Of a stretch of 64,000 nt of DNA, positions 39,669 to 51,179 are shown piece by piece. Source of the stretch: Deltaproteobacteria bacterium TL4 (lineage in GTDB: Bacteria; SAR324; NAC60-12); assembly GCA_051382335.1 (NCBI GenBank), contig JBBCAX010000034.1, positions 20,512 to 84,511 of the forward strand, in the 5' to 3' direction. The notes beneath the pieces were generated by a model that was given only the letters and a program-made list of their open reading frames with translations, ran no database searches and was not told the DNA's origin. A program made the position numbers and the translations under genes. Each line of letters starts with the position of its first letter. The stretch's first letter is position 1.

Positions 39669-42600
39669 GGTATTAGGAAAATAGGTTGAATTAATGGCAG
39701 GGTTCACAAGCGCGTTATTGACGATCAACATTAGTTCTTTTACTGTAGGGAGTCGCCAGTCTGAATGAGAACCCAGTGTCAATGCACTACAATAACTCCC
39801 AGCATTTGACCATGTACGTGTGCTATTATCGTCTTCCTTTTGCCACATTAAACCAGTTACGTTATCCGTAATAGTTCCGTTCCCATTGTAGGTATAGGAG
39901 GGTGGATTAATACTATAATCGTGATCTTCACCAAAGGTCGTAGTATAGGAAGTCGTTTGTCCTGTGTCAGGAATACAACTTGGGCAGATATCGGCGATTT
40001 TCATACTCACTCCTGTTGTCATTTCAACAGTGTTATTTTGTGTAAAGACCAGTAAGTGGGTGGCTCCGGTAGGCAGTGAAGTATTTGCTGAAAAGGTATG
40101 CGTTACATTGGAACCGGTTGCCGCCAACGTAGCAATAGCGGTTTGCCCACTCAGTTTGGTGCTGGCACCTGAACCCCAGTAGAGGGCGTAGTGAGTCACA
40201 AAAGTTTCATCAGTAGCTTTGGTGATGGTAACAGCACCAGCTAATTCATTTTTGTTTCCGTCCGTATCCGTGAATGAGACACTAACAGCAGTAAATGGTT
40301 GATCACCAATAGTAACATTGACCCCAGTACTCATTTCCGCTCCGGAATTTTGTGTAAAGACCAGTAAGTGGGTGGCTCCTGTCGGCAGTGAGGTGTTTTC
40401 TGAAATGGTATGCGTGACATTGGAACCGGTTGCCGCTAAAGTAGCAATAGCGGTTTGTCCACTGAGTTTGGTAGTGGCATTTGAGCCCCAATAGAGAGCA
40501 TAGTGAGAAATATAGGTTTCATCAGTGGATTTGGTGATAGTAACCGTTCCTGCCAGTTCGTTTTGATTACGGTCAGTATCCGTGAACGCAACACTGACCG
40601 CTGTTTCAGTTGGTACTGGTGGCGCTAGATTTCCAGAGGCGTTATTGTCCGTGATTTCGCCACTGACGCCTTCTGTCATTTCGCCATAAGTGTTGTAAGT
40701 ATAGACTAAAAAATGCGTAGCTCTTGGTGGTTTCCAGGTGTTGAGAGGCAGATTATATTTTAATTCGTCATTGGTTTTCGCAACCGTTGTCAACAGGGAG
40801 AGTTTGGTCGTGGCGTCCGTTCCCCAATACACTTTATATCCGGTGATATGGCTTTCATCGCTGGCTTTGATGATCGCGATTTTTCCAGCGACCTGATTTC
40901 CCTCCGCGTCAAAATCCACAAAACTGACACCTCCCGCTTTGAGGGTGGGGGGTTGAGAATCCGCAAGTTTAACACTGACTGGTGTTAAATATTCCCCTTC
41001 TCCATATAAGGTGTAGACAAGTAGATGTGTTACTCCTTGTGGAATGGCAGTGTTCGGGGGAAGGAGATAAGAAAGATTGGAGCCTGTTTTAGAAAGTTGG
41101 GTAATCAGTGTGGTTTTTGTATTCGCGTCCGTTCCCCAATAAAGGTTGTAAGCAATTAGTTCCGATTCATCCGGGACTTTTGAAATGGTGAGTGTCCCGC
41201 CAATTTCTCCGACTTGAGGATCAGAATCGATCATGGTAATGGTTTGCGGACGTCGAAAAGTCGCTGTAATGGAATCATTTACCGGCCCTGTCATATTTCC
41301 AACCGCGTCTTTAAACCAGGCATAAAGGGTTTTTGTGCCATTACTGTAGGGAAAGGTATAAGCGACATTTTGGGAAAAGGCCTTTGTTGATGTCACTGAG
41401 ATCCATCCACTTGCGTTAAGTGCTGGGGTTTGTGAGTTTTCTGAAAGATAATATCCGGTAACGCCAATATTGTCCTGAGCGGCAAGGGTTAAGGTGACAC
41501 TGTCATCAAAGGTAGTCGTTTGTCCATTATTAATCGAAATTGTAGCCGCGGAAGGTGAGCTTGGATCGGTGTTTATTGTGAAACTTCCTCCGCTGACCGG
41601 AGTGCTTTGAACATCATTTCCCGCCAAATCCTTCGCGTTTTGAAGGGTGACAGCAGCCGTTCCGTTTACTGTTCCAACTGTGTGAACGTATTGGTAAACC
41701 GTGGCACTTACTTTAGTCATTGGTTTTGAAATGGTCTGGGAAGGTTCCTGGATGCGGAGGGAAGGAACAGGACTATCGCTGATTTGCTCGTTAAAAGTGG
41801 CGGTGATGGTGAGGGTTTCTCCGCCTGTTAGAGTCTGGTTGATGGAATAGGTAATTTTTGCGGTAGGGGCGGTGGTGTCGATGGTGATTGCTTTTGATCC
41901 GGTTTTTGACCAAAACCCTTCAATATTTTCCTCGACATAGAGCGTGTGTGTGCCTTCTGTTAAATTGGTTGCTGGTGTAAAGAACGTTTCTAACGTTTCG
42001 GTCGCGTCTTCATTCAAATTACTGTGATCCAATTTGTAGCGGTAAAGTCCCGAACCATTCGTCACAAGAGGAGTCCAACTCCAGGGGGGTTTAACATTTT
42101 TATTAGGTGATATCCCCGCGACAGTGGGCGAAGTATTAAGGGGAAGAGGGTTGCTTACCAGATCTTTGGTAGAAGTTTTGGACAAAGGGATTGGTTTTTT
42201 ATAATCCAGAAAATGAGGCTCAACGTAATACTCAATGGTTTTTTGATCTTGACTATAAAACGCGATATGAGCTCTGCCAAAACGGTCTAAAGCCAAAGCG
42301 CTGTATTTACCAATATCGTTAAACCCAACTCTTGGGACTTCAATTCTCCAGCGATTGCTCAATCCAAGGGCTTCTCCTCGTAAGCGAATGGCGTAACGAA
42401 GTTCTTTTTTTCCTGGATGATAATAAGAAACACGGGCGGCGTTAAAGCGGTCAACGGCAAAGCCCAAAACATTATCCTGAATACTGCCTAACGATTCAAT
42501 GACAGAAGACAACCAGCTTCCATCCTGTTTAATGGTGTGAATAAGGCTTCCCCCTTTCATGTAAACTGCTTGGGGACGACCGTCCTGATCAATTCGAAGG

Positions 42601-44758
42601 TGAAGGCCATAACCCGCCTCTTCAGAAGCATCAACGACTTCAATTTCCCATTTATTAGAGTTGGTTTCAGAAGCTCCATAAAACAAATGCTGATTCATTC
42701 TAAAGAGGATTCTGGGTTCTCCCTTCGCATTGTAGGTTAAATCGTTATGAGTGCCTTTTTCTCCCACCACAACCGTTGAAATATTCCATGTTTCTCTCAA
42801 GGCGTCTGAGGACGTCGCATACTTTAAGGTTTTGCTATCTTTGTAATATAAAAGCCCAAGTAACCCTGTGTTTCCTGATGCCATACTGATTGACGCCTGA
42901 TTAAAGGAGGCTGAGAGGGTGACCTCATCAAGCTCTCTTTTTACCCAATGTCCACTTCCTTGCTGAATCCAGCAACTGAGTTTGTTCCCTTCAATGGCAC
43001 AAGTACTTGGAAGAACATTTAAGGGGTCTATTTTGATTTTACTGAATTTTCCATAGTCTCCGTTTCCATCCAGGGCTTCACTGTTCCATATTCCTTTGAA
43101 AAAAGTATAAATGATTTTTTTGTACTGGATATCATAGGAGCTGATATTGATTTCATCCTGATTAAGAGCCAGAGAGACATCGGTTCCAAAGTCGCTATCA
43201 TTAATGGGGTATCGTGACGGGCGGTTTGACCTCAATGGTGGCAGGCGTCGCGTAAATTTCGTCACAACTGACATTTAGCAGCGTATATCCTTTCTTTACC
43301 CCTTTGAATAGGGCGGACTCAGTGTTGGACGATTGTTTGCTGACATAGCGGTCATCGAATTCCCACTTAAGTCCGTCTTTACAATCAAGAGAGGTTGGGG
43401 CGCCTCGTGTATCGGTGGCATACACATTAAAAATACGAGTCCCTTCAACGTCGAGTGATAAGCGTATGGGTGAAATCGCAATGGATTGAATATCGGAAAA
43501 ACTTTCGCCCACTTGAACAGACGCTTGCAGTGTGGTTCCTTGAAAAGACATGGTTGCCGTAATACTGGCAGGACCACTGGAAAGTTTGGAAATTTCGCCT
43601 CGATCATCAATTTTAACGATGTCATCATCACTGCTTTTCCAATCCACTTCAATAAAATCTTCTTGACTAAGATCATTAATCAGAAGATTTTCAGTGGCTT
43701 TGTCAGTCACCCTGGCTTTAAATCCGACTTGTCCATTTTTAGTGAGTTTGACGATTGGAGGGGAGAGGGTCAAACAATAAGTGTCATTACATTCGCTGGA
43801 TGAAATTTCCGTCACTTTTTTTATTACGCAGGAGTTCCCTTCAAACTCGTAACCTTCGTTACAGGAGATAATTTGACACGCGCCAAAATCGGTCCAAATA
43901 CCATCGTTATCACAGGTTTTGGAGCGTTCACCTGTTCCATTCTGAATGGTACAGCTAACGACTTCCTTGGCATTTGCAGTACATTCCTTTACTGTTGTCA
44001 CGTCAGCCACACAGGTACTTCCAGAAGCAGTAAAACCATTGTCACAGGAAGTAATCTGGCAAGCCCCCAATTCAGACCAACTTTCGTCGCTTTTACAGGT
44101 CTTTGTTCTTTGGCCGTTGCCATTCAGCACCGTACATGGGACGTTGGCTGTTTCATTGGGAGTACATTCCTGAGTGGTCGTATCTTGAGCGCAATCGCCT
44201 TCATCATAATTGAAGAGGGAACAATTTAACGAGCTATGGCAGGTTTTGTCTCCTATGAGGCTTTCTGTGATACAGCCTCCGAGACAATCTGTTATTTCAT
44301 TAATAGCGCACCCAGGTTCCTCTTCAATTTTTTTTGCCAAACAAGCATTTCCGGACAATTCAAAGCCATCGTCACAAACTGTCACTTGGCAAGTAGTGAG
44401 CTCAGACCAACTTCCATCACTTTTACAGGTTTTCGATTGTTCTCCTTATTCCATTAAGCATGGGACATGACACTTTTTCTATCTTATCGAGAGTACATTT
44501 TGATGGGGTTGGAACCGTGTTCCCTGTATCACTGGAACTATCACTAGTCCCTGCATTTTCAACGGGAATGGTTGTATTGTCTGCCGTCGTTGTGCTGGTC
44601 TCTTCGTTAGTTGAGGTTTCGTTTGATTCGGTAGGAGTTGGTGAAGAATCACCTCCAGAAGGAGAATCGTCACAAGAGAGGAAAAACAGGCCAAGGATCA
44701 TCAAGAAGATAAGACAATAGATTTTAATGGATATATTCTTTATTTGTATATTTTTCAT
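39528..44758 (-). pseudogene. Large lipoprotein DGR target (~1740 aa if repaired): Cys-rich repeats, Ig-like, propeller-like, 4 beta repeats, C-terminal Lcl with VR-C; two frameshifts
   Basis: ORFs 44423-44758 (lipobox FLSC), 43201-44385 and 39528-43274 join on removing one base at ~44446 (NGI|GEQSKTCKSDG) and one at 43206-43209 (VTIP|INDSDFG). Confidence 0.75.
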
Positions 44759-44775
44759 AATGCCTCTTATTTTTG

Positions 44776-47700
44776 TTATTGTTTTCTTACTTTTATTTCA
44801 AGATAGGCCGTATCCCCGGTATTCAATTTCCAATTCTGAGTTTCTTGCCCAAAAATCACATGACTGACTTTCATGGACGCTGTATTTGGAGACATGCTCC
44901 CTTCATTAAGCGCAATGACTTTCAAAATATTTGATTGTAAGGTGTTGATTGTGACCTTCATGATTTTAGCAGCATTTGTAAGCGTTAAATCCTCTTGTAA
45001 GACCTCATTGTTTAATATCACTTTGATTCGATCCCCATCTTCTTCCGCATTGTCCCAAACGGTAATCTCGATTTCGATTTGGTTGACGGTAATGGGGTCA
45101 AGTAACTGATTATTTTGCAGGGGGTAATAAGCAATAGAAGCCTGATCAGCAGCAATGTTTCCCGCAGCGTCCCGGAACCAAACATAAAGCGTTTTGCTGC
45201 CTTCATTTCCTCCCAACAAAAAATTGACTTCCTCATCAAACGATCTTTTTGAGGAAAAATGATTCCAATTGAAATCGGATAAGGACGGGGCTTCATTGAT
45301 TTCAGAGAGGTAGTATCCTGTAAGGCCGATATTATCCGTTGCTTTTATGTGCACCTGTACTTCTCTAGTCGTTGTTTCCTGGGCTCCATTATTGATAGAA
45401 ATGAAGGTGTTTTGAGGTGCTGCTTTAAAATCCAGGGAAGTAAAATCAATTTTGATACGAAAATTTTCTCCTTGATGACTCACCCCTGTTTCATTTTCAA
45501 CAAACGTTCTTAACAAATACTCTCCTGATTCAAAAAAATCCAGTTGACTGAAAAGAATGGTGAAGGTGTCCTCACATTTTGTATTGCAGGGAGCGATACT
45601 ATTTTCGATATATTGTTGTTCCTTCGCTTCTGAGATAATAGTGAATCCCTGTTTGACAATGGGTGTTCCATGATTCGTGTCATAAAAAAACTCAATTATA
45701 ATCCCGTCGTTAGCTTGATTGATTATCGTTACAGAAGCGTCTTTTATGGTAGAAAACGGGCTATTGGAAGGCTTGGGTTCAATGGAAACCGTGTTTGAAG
45801 GTTGGCTTTCTATCAAATCACTATTGAGTGCGGTGAGATAGAATTGGTGCGTAAGCCCATTTTGCAACGTAAGCCCGGATAAAGAAGAATCGAAGGTGGT
45901 TTTATCAATGACGGTACTGATATGAGACCATTTTGTGGAGTTTGGGTATTTCAAGTAAATTTTATAATTAGATACCCCGGTCACCGCATCCCAACTGAGG
46001 AGAACAGAATGGTCTTTGGCTGTTGCGGTAAGGTTAGTCGGAGGAACAGGAGGTGGGGCATTAATGAATAGGATACTATCGAAAACGCCATCAACAGAGA
46101 TATTTCCCGCAGCGTCTCGAAACCAAACGCTAATTTTTTTCTCATCCAAGCCACTACTGAGTTTAAAATTTACGGTCTGAGCTAAATTCTTTGTAGCGGA
46201 AATCGTCTGCCAAGGGGTAAACGAACCGTTTTCAGAAAAGATAAACCCCGTGATTCCTACATCGTCTTGGGCCGTAAGCGTTAAAGAGACCGTTTGCTCT
46301 ATGGTTTTTTCGAGACCATTGTTAATAGAAATGGTTCCTGTCGGAGCAACCGTATCTTCAGTGGGTTGGGGTTGCTGAATTCCCTCAACAGTGGCCGCAC
46401 CACAAAGCTTTCTTTCAAAATTATCAATCACACAAAGTTTAATGGTGCTGTTTCCTGTTGTTGAAATACGAATATTTTGATTTTTTATACCATCGGGGTT
46501 TCTTTCATATTGAGCCAAGGAGTTACATTCTTCGCTTGCGTTGGTTTTTTCAATACACCATTGATATTTAAAAATGTTATTTTGTTGAGGAACTTCAATC
46601 GTAGAACTACATTTTACGGATTCCTCAAGAATAACGGTAGCGTGCTCACAGGCAACTGTCACTACAAGTGAATCGGGGATTTTGACGCAGGCATTACCCG
46701 AAGAAATAAAACTCATCACAGACTAAAAGCAAACATTCACCCCATTCGCCCCACGTTTCGTTGCTGGTACAACTTCGTATTTGTTGCCCTGTCCCTTTAT
46801 CTAAAGAACAGTATCTCAAGCTTGTTTCTTGTTCGGCAGGCTCACAAATCTTGATGGTTGGATTGAGAGGCGCTTCTTTGGGTTTTTGCATTGCGATGAC
46901 TGCGTCGATTCCGTCTTTCGCGTCAGCGGTGAAATTTAAAACAGATGAGGCACAACCCCCTATATCACCTACCGCACAAGTTACAACGTCTACCGCAGTG
47001 GAGGCTTTATCGAGTAATTGGCTATCCGTAATATCGGCTAAAATTCCGATTAATGTTCCACCACAAGAATAAGCCGCAATAGGAGTTAAGAGTCCGCCGG
47101 TTTGTACCGCGCCATAGACGCTGAGTCCACAACCCACAGCCCCGATTGCTTTTGCAGAGGCTCTTATCAGTCTGGTTGGAATACTTTCCTCAACCTCTAA
47201 AACACGATCGTTACGTTGGTTGGTCAGGATATAGGGAATTTCAATATAATCTATCTTCCCCTCAGGGGTAGTAATTTTCAGCTCTACCGTTTTTCCAGTG
47301 TAGTTGGAAAACGTCAAATAATACCCACTTGCTGTTAAAGAAACAGGAAGGCTCTGCTTATCGAATTCAAACCTTGCGGTTTTCCCTTTTGGAGTTTCTA
47401 AAATAACCTCGTACCCTTCATTTAGGTCATGGGACATCAAAAACAGTTTTCCCCCCTCAGCATCAGAACCCATAAGGGCTGTTTGCGCCCCTGGTATTTT
47501 CATTATACCGAGGCTCACTCCAGACTTTTGCAATGTGTATTGAGTAACCTCTATGTCGCTTGAAGCATCTGCCGATGATCCTGTTTGAGGGGACGTATTG
47601 GTATTATCGCCATTAACGGGATGATTATTGCTGTTACTTGAGGAGGGATCAGTCGTACTTTGAGGGAGAGGGGCCTTGTCGCTGGAGTCTGAAGATATCT

Positions 47701-47848
47701 CATTACCGGTTTCATTCGAAGCCGGGGTATCGTTTGACGTTTGACCAGGTATCTGATTTTCATCGGTAGCGGGTTGGCAACTTCCTACCAACAAAGACAA
47801 GAACAGACCAATAAACACCAATTTGTGATATTTCAGCATCTTTACCAT
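44776..47848 (-). pseudogene. Surface lipoprotein (Cys-rich, Ig/FN3-like domains; ~1020 aa if repaired) split by one frameshift
   Basis: ORFs 46694-47872 (lipobox VGSC) and 44776-46719 join at ~46708-46711, restoring VCDE.FISSGNAC, which matches the CDDGFELSGNAC repeat of the next gene. Confidence 0.7.
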
Positions 47849-48286
47849 AGTAACCTCGCTTTGAACCCGCAAGGTGAATTATCTTTGTAACTGCCAAACC
47901 TATCAAACCGTATTATACAACTTCAGATTTCCTTTTATGATTTATAGCATCCATAAAGAAACGAAGCTTTCCTTTACTGTGAGTTAGGCATAAACCGCAC
48001 AAAAGATATCCCCCTTATTTAAATGTTTCATATTGTGAACGAATAAAGTCAACTCTTGTAAAAACTATAAACATAACAAAGAATTTTTTATATCAAATAA
48101 AAATCCCGTTGTAAATGCTTTATTGTCTGACTGAAAAGTATTCTAAATTTGTTATACAGAATGGGTAAAAACTAGAAAATATTTATACTATATTTCACAA
48201 ATCTATTTACTTTTGGGAAGTGATGTTGTCCTTATCTAAGGGGGAAGTTGTTCCTGCTTATTACTGTTGCGTCGCAAAGGAAAGTT

Positions 48287-48760
48287 ATGAAACTGTTTAT
48301 TGTTCGTCATGGTCAAGCACATGCCAACTGGGATGACTCCTCCCGTCCTTTATCGGAGAGGGGGGTCATGGAAGTTCGCAAAATGGCGTCTTTTCTCAAA
48401 TCCAAAGAGTCGGAACCTATTACTGAAGTTTGGCATAGTACCAAATTACGGGCAAGCCAAACAGCCACTGAGCTGGTAAAGAGTTTGGGGTTGACGATTC
48501 CTGTCAGAGAAATGGATTTTTTAACACCCAACGCCGATACCTGGCATATTGCGGCAGAAATTGCGACTTTAAACTCAAATTTGATGATCGTTTCTCATCT
48601 TCCATACGTGAGCAAATTAACCTCCTGTTTAGTCAATGGTCATGAAGATTCACAGGCCTATCATTTTGACACAGGCAGCATCTTTTGTTTAGGACGTGAG
48701 TCTGAGTCACCAAAAACTGAATGGCGTATTCAGTGGATGGAAAGCCCCTCAACGATTTAA
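48287..48760 (+). CDS. sixA: Phosphohistidine phosphatase SixA
   Basis: MKLFIVRHG, DSSRPLS, HSTKLRASQTA, MIVSHLP. Confidence 0.88.
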   Translation: MKLFIVRHGQAHANWDDSSRPLSERGVMEVRKMASFLKSKESEPITEVWHSTKLRASQTATELVKSLGLTIPVREMDFLTPNADTWHIAAEIATLNSNLMIVSHLPYVSKLTSCLVNGHEDSQAYHFDTGSIFCLGRESESPKTEWRIQWMESPSTI

Positions 48761-49576
48761 CTAGAAAAGTCCCTCACGTTCCTTGAGTCCCTGCTGAAGG
48801 AGATTTTGAATGTGAGACTTCACTTGTCGGACCTTTGCTTCCGTTTCTTCTTCATTAGAGAAATCGCCTTTGAAGGACAGGGGTTTACCAAAATAAAGCC
48901 GAATTTTTACCGGAAGAGGTAGTGGTATCGTGATGGGGACTTTGGGAATATTCAGAATTTTGGCGAGTGCGTCAAAACTACCCAAGCCTGGCATCATTTC
49001 CTCACAACCAATCACTCCCACGGGGATAATGGGTGTTTCCGTTTCCATCGCAATGCGCATGAAGCCAGAACCAAAGTGTTGAAGTTGATAACGTTTATGC
49101 CAGGATTTTGTACTTCCCTTGATCCCTTCAGGAAATACCATAACCAGTTCCTCACGTCGTAACATTTTGATACAATTGACAGGGTCTCCCACAACACCAC
49201 CGACTTCATTAAGAAAATTCCCAACATAAGGTAAGGTTGGCGAATATCGTTCAATCATCGATTTAGGCATACGAGGCCCCCTGGGATTAGTTGCCAACGC
49301 GACACCAATCATGGCACTGTCAAAAGGTAATTGCCCACTGTGATTGGCAATCAGGAGCAGACGTCCTTTTGTCAAAACATTTTCCAAACCGATAGTTTCC
49401 ACACGAAAATAATGATCATAGAGGATCTTGGTAATAGCCATGCTTATTTTTGCCGTTTCCGGATTAAAGCCCCAAGGATCAAACCCCAGAGAGCCTGTGG
49501 TATCGGGCAATTTAGCTGTAAGTTGCTGAAGTTCCTTTGATAAAAACCATTGGCTTAACTTGGATTTTAAACTCAT
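48761..49576 (-). CDS. Lysophospholipid acyltransferase family protein
   Basis: FDPWG, ANHSGQLPFD, VFPEG, GFMRIA, PIIPVGVIG. Confidence 0.85.
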   Translation of the reverse strand: MSLKSKLSQWFLSKELQQLTAKLPDTTGSLGFDPWGFNPETAKISMAITKILYDHYFRVETIGLENVLTKGRLLLIANHSGQLPFDSAMIGVALATNPRGPRMPKSMIERYSPTLPYVGNFLNEVGGVVGDPVNCIKMLRREELVMVFPEGIKGSTKSWHKRYQLQHFGSGFMRIAMETETPIIPVGVIGCEEMMPGLGSFDALAKILNIPKVPITIPLPLPVKIRLYFGKPLSFKGDFSNEEETEAKVRQVKSHIQNLLQQGLKEREGLF

Positions 49577-49788
49577 AAATTCTCTGTGGAGAGATGGTGT
49601 ATTGTTGATATTAACGAGCTTTACCCTTCATTGATAGCATTTCCGCTTAGGCGTCGTCAATAAGATGTTCTCTGTCACACACCGGACTCATACGGCAATT
49701 GGGGGACTCCCCTTTGACCCCGGCAGTCCATAGCTTCTTCAACCAATAGGGAGGTGATCTCTGAAAAGCGGAAGGATTTTGACGAAGG

Positions 49789-49814
49789 GAGCCTCCCTGA
49801 ATGGGGGGAGGCTC
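49789..49814. terminator. Hairpin downstream of the FadL-family gene
   Basis: GAGCCTCC..GGAGGCTC stem; no clear U-tract on the minus strand. Confidence 0.35.
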
Positions 49815-49843
49815 AAGAAATTTATGAGGTTAGAAATAAAGGC

Positions 49844-51091
49844 CTAAAACCGATAACCTGCACTTGCGGCAATAACTTGCGCGGAACCTTTATACGTCCC
49901 AGAAAGTGCGGGAAGCTCAGAATCACCTTCAGTAAAAGTCAAAGTGAGGTAAGAAACATCAATGAGGAACTTGCCTTGTTTCAATCCGATGCCTATCGAA
50001 GCTCCGGTTCTTCCTGTATCTGGAGTGAAGGGGTCCAAAGTTTTTGCGGGAATAGGAGTAGGGGCATAGAAAATCCCGCCTCTGAGTTTCATGCTGTCTT
50101 CCTGATTGGATCCCTTGAAGGCATAGTACCCTCCAAGCTCAAAGCTTGTGGTATCTTCCCAGCTTTTGTCCTGAATTTCCGCGTCTTTTGGCTTATCCTT
50201 GAGAAAATCAATACGCAACTCACGGAAGTTGGACCATCCTGTTCTCGTGGCGGTCAATTCCGCAAAGTACGTAGGATTTACCTTGGAATCTTTAAAAGAA
50301 ACACCCAAACGAGTCACGCTTGGAAGCAATATATCCACCTTGACATCTCCATCAGCAAACGTACTCGTCAGAACCTTTGCTTTAGACGTGTCAAACTGAG
50401 CAGCGCCTTCGCCCTTGAATGTGCTTGCCGTGTGGTGAGCGAGACCAACCGCAACCTTGTCTCCATTATAAAAGAAAGACGCATTGACGCCCTCAGAACT
50501 TCCAGTCCCGCCTAATTCGACAGGGACTTCCATATCCTCATTAATAACCGTTGACTTCTTCAAAAGAACGGTCCCACCATAAAAGTCCAAGCCAAGTCCA
50601 ATGGAGGCATCTCCCCCTTTAATTCGGTAGGCAGCCACCGTGGAGGTATTTCCAATCGCTAAGGTTACAGCGCGGATATTAGCACGACCTTGCCACTCAT
50701 CGCCCCAATCGATGGCAGAGTTAAAAGGAAAAGACTGCCCGATCCCAAAACTACAACTCTCGTTGGTCCAAACAAAGGCGCCGACAATTCCAAGTCCAGC
50801 GGGCGTGTCTGTTTCTGAAGAACCCGCATCTCCCTTAAACTCAAAGGCTGTTTCGGCTCGAACCAAACCACCCAAAACATGAGACCCTCCCTCTAAAAAA
50901 GACATCGCGGCAGGCATATCAATCGCTGTGGTCGCCGCTTCAGTCCGAGTGATCCCTGCTGTTGACATCCCCAAGGAGGCCGCATCGGAAACCGAACTAT
51001 GAAAGCCGTTTCCCCAGGCCATTCCCACTCCTGTAATAATACCTAATATAGTTAATCCTATCTTTTTGATATTCATATGACTCCTCTTCAT
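49844..51091 (-). CDS. OMPP1/FadL/TodX-family outer-membrane transporter
   Basis: Signal peptide, NGF..ASLGM.TAG hatch region, LRGGIFYAPTPIP..PD.GR, C-terminal YRF. Confidence 0.8.
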   Translation of the reverse strand: MKRSHMNIKKIGLTILGIITGVGMAWGNGFHSSVSDAASLGMSTAGITRTEAATTAIDMPAAMSFLEGGSHVLGGLVRAETAFEFKGDAGSSETDTPAGLGIVGAFVWTNESCSFGIGQSFPFNSAIDWGDEWQGRANIRAVTLAIGNTSTVAAYRIKGGDASIGLGLDFYGGTVLLKKSTVINEDMEVPVELGGTGSSEGVNASFFYNGDKVAVGLAHHTASTFKGEGAAQFDTSKAKVLTSTFADGDVKVDILLPSVTRLGVSFKDSKVNPTYFAELTATRTGWSNFRELRIDFLKDKPKDAEIQDKSWEDTTSFELGGYYAFKGSNQEDSMKLRGGIFYAPTPIPAKTLDPFTPDTGRTGASIGIGLKQGKFLIDVSYLTLTFTEGDSELPALSGTYKGSAQVIAASAGYRF

Positions 51092-51179
51092 AATGATTTT
51101 GATGGGAGACGCACTTTTACTGAGTGTATCTCCCTATCGAGTGTATGGCCGAAACAGTTCAAGCCCTACCCAAAAAACG

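Noticed and set aside
49754..50515. 253-aa plus-strand ORF, and similar antisense ORFs such as 58793-59419 and 28988-29419
   Set aside because: These are shadow ORFs opposite well-supported genes and have no motifs.
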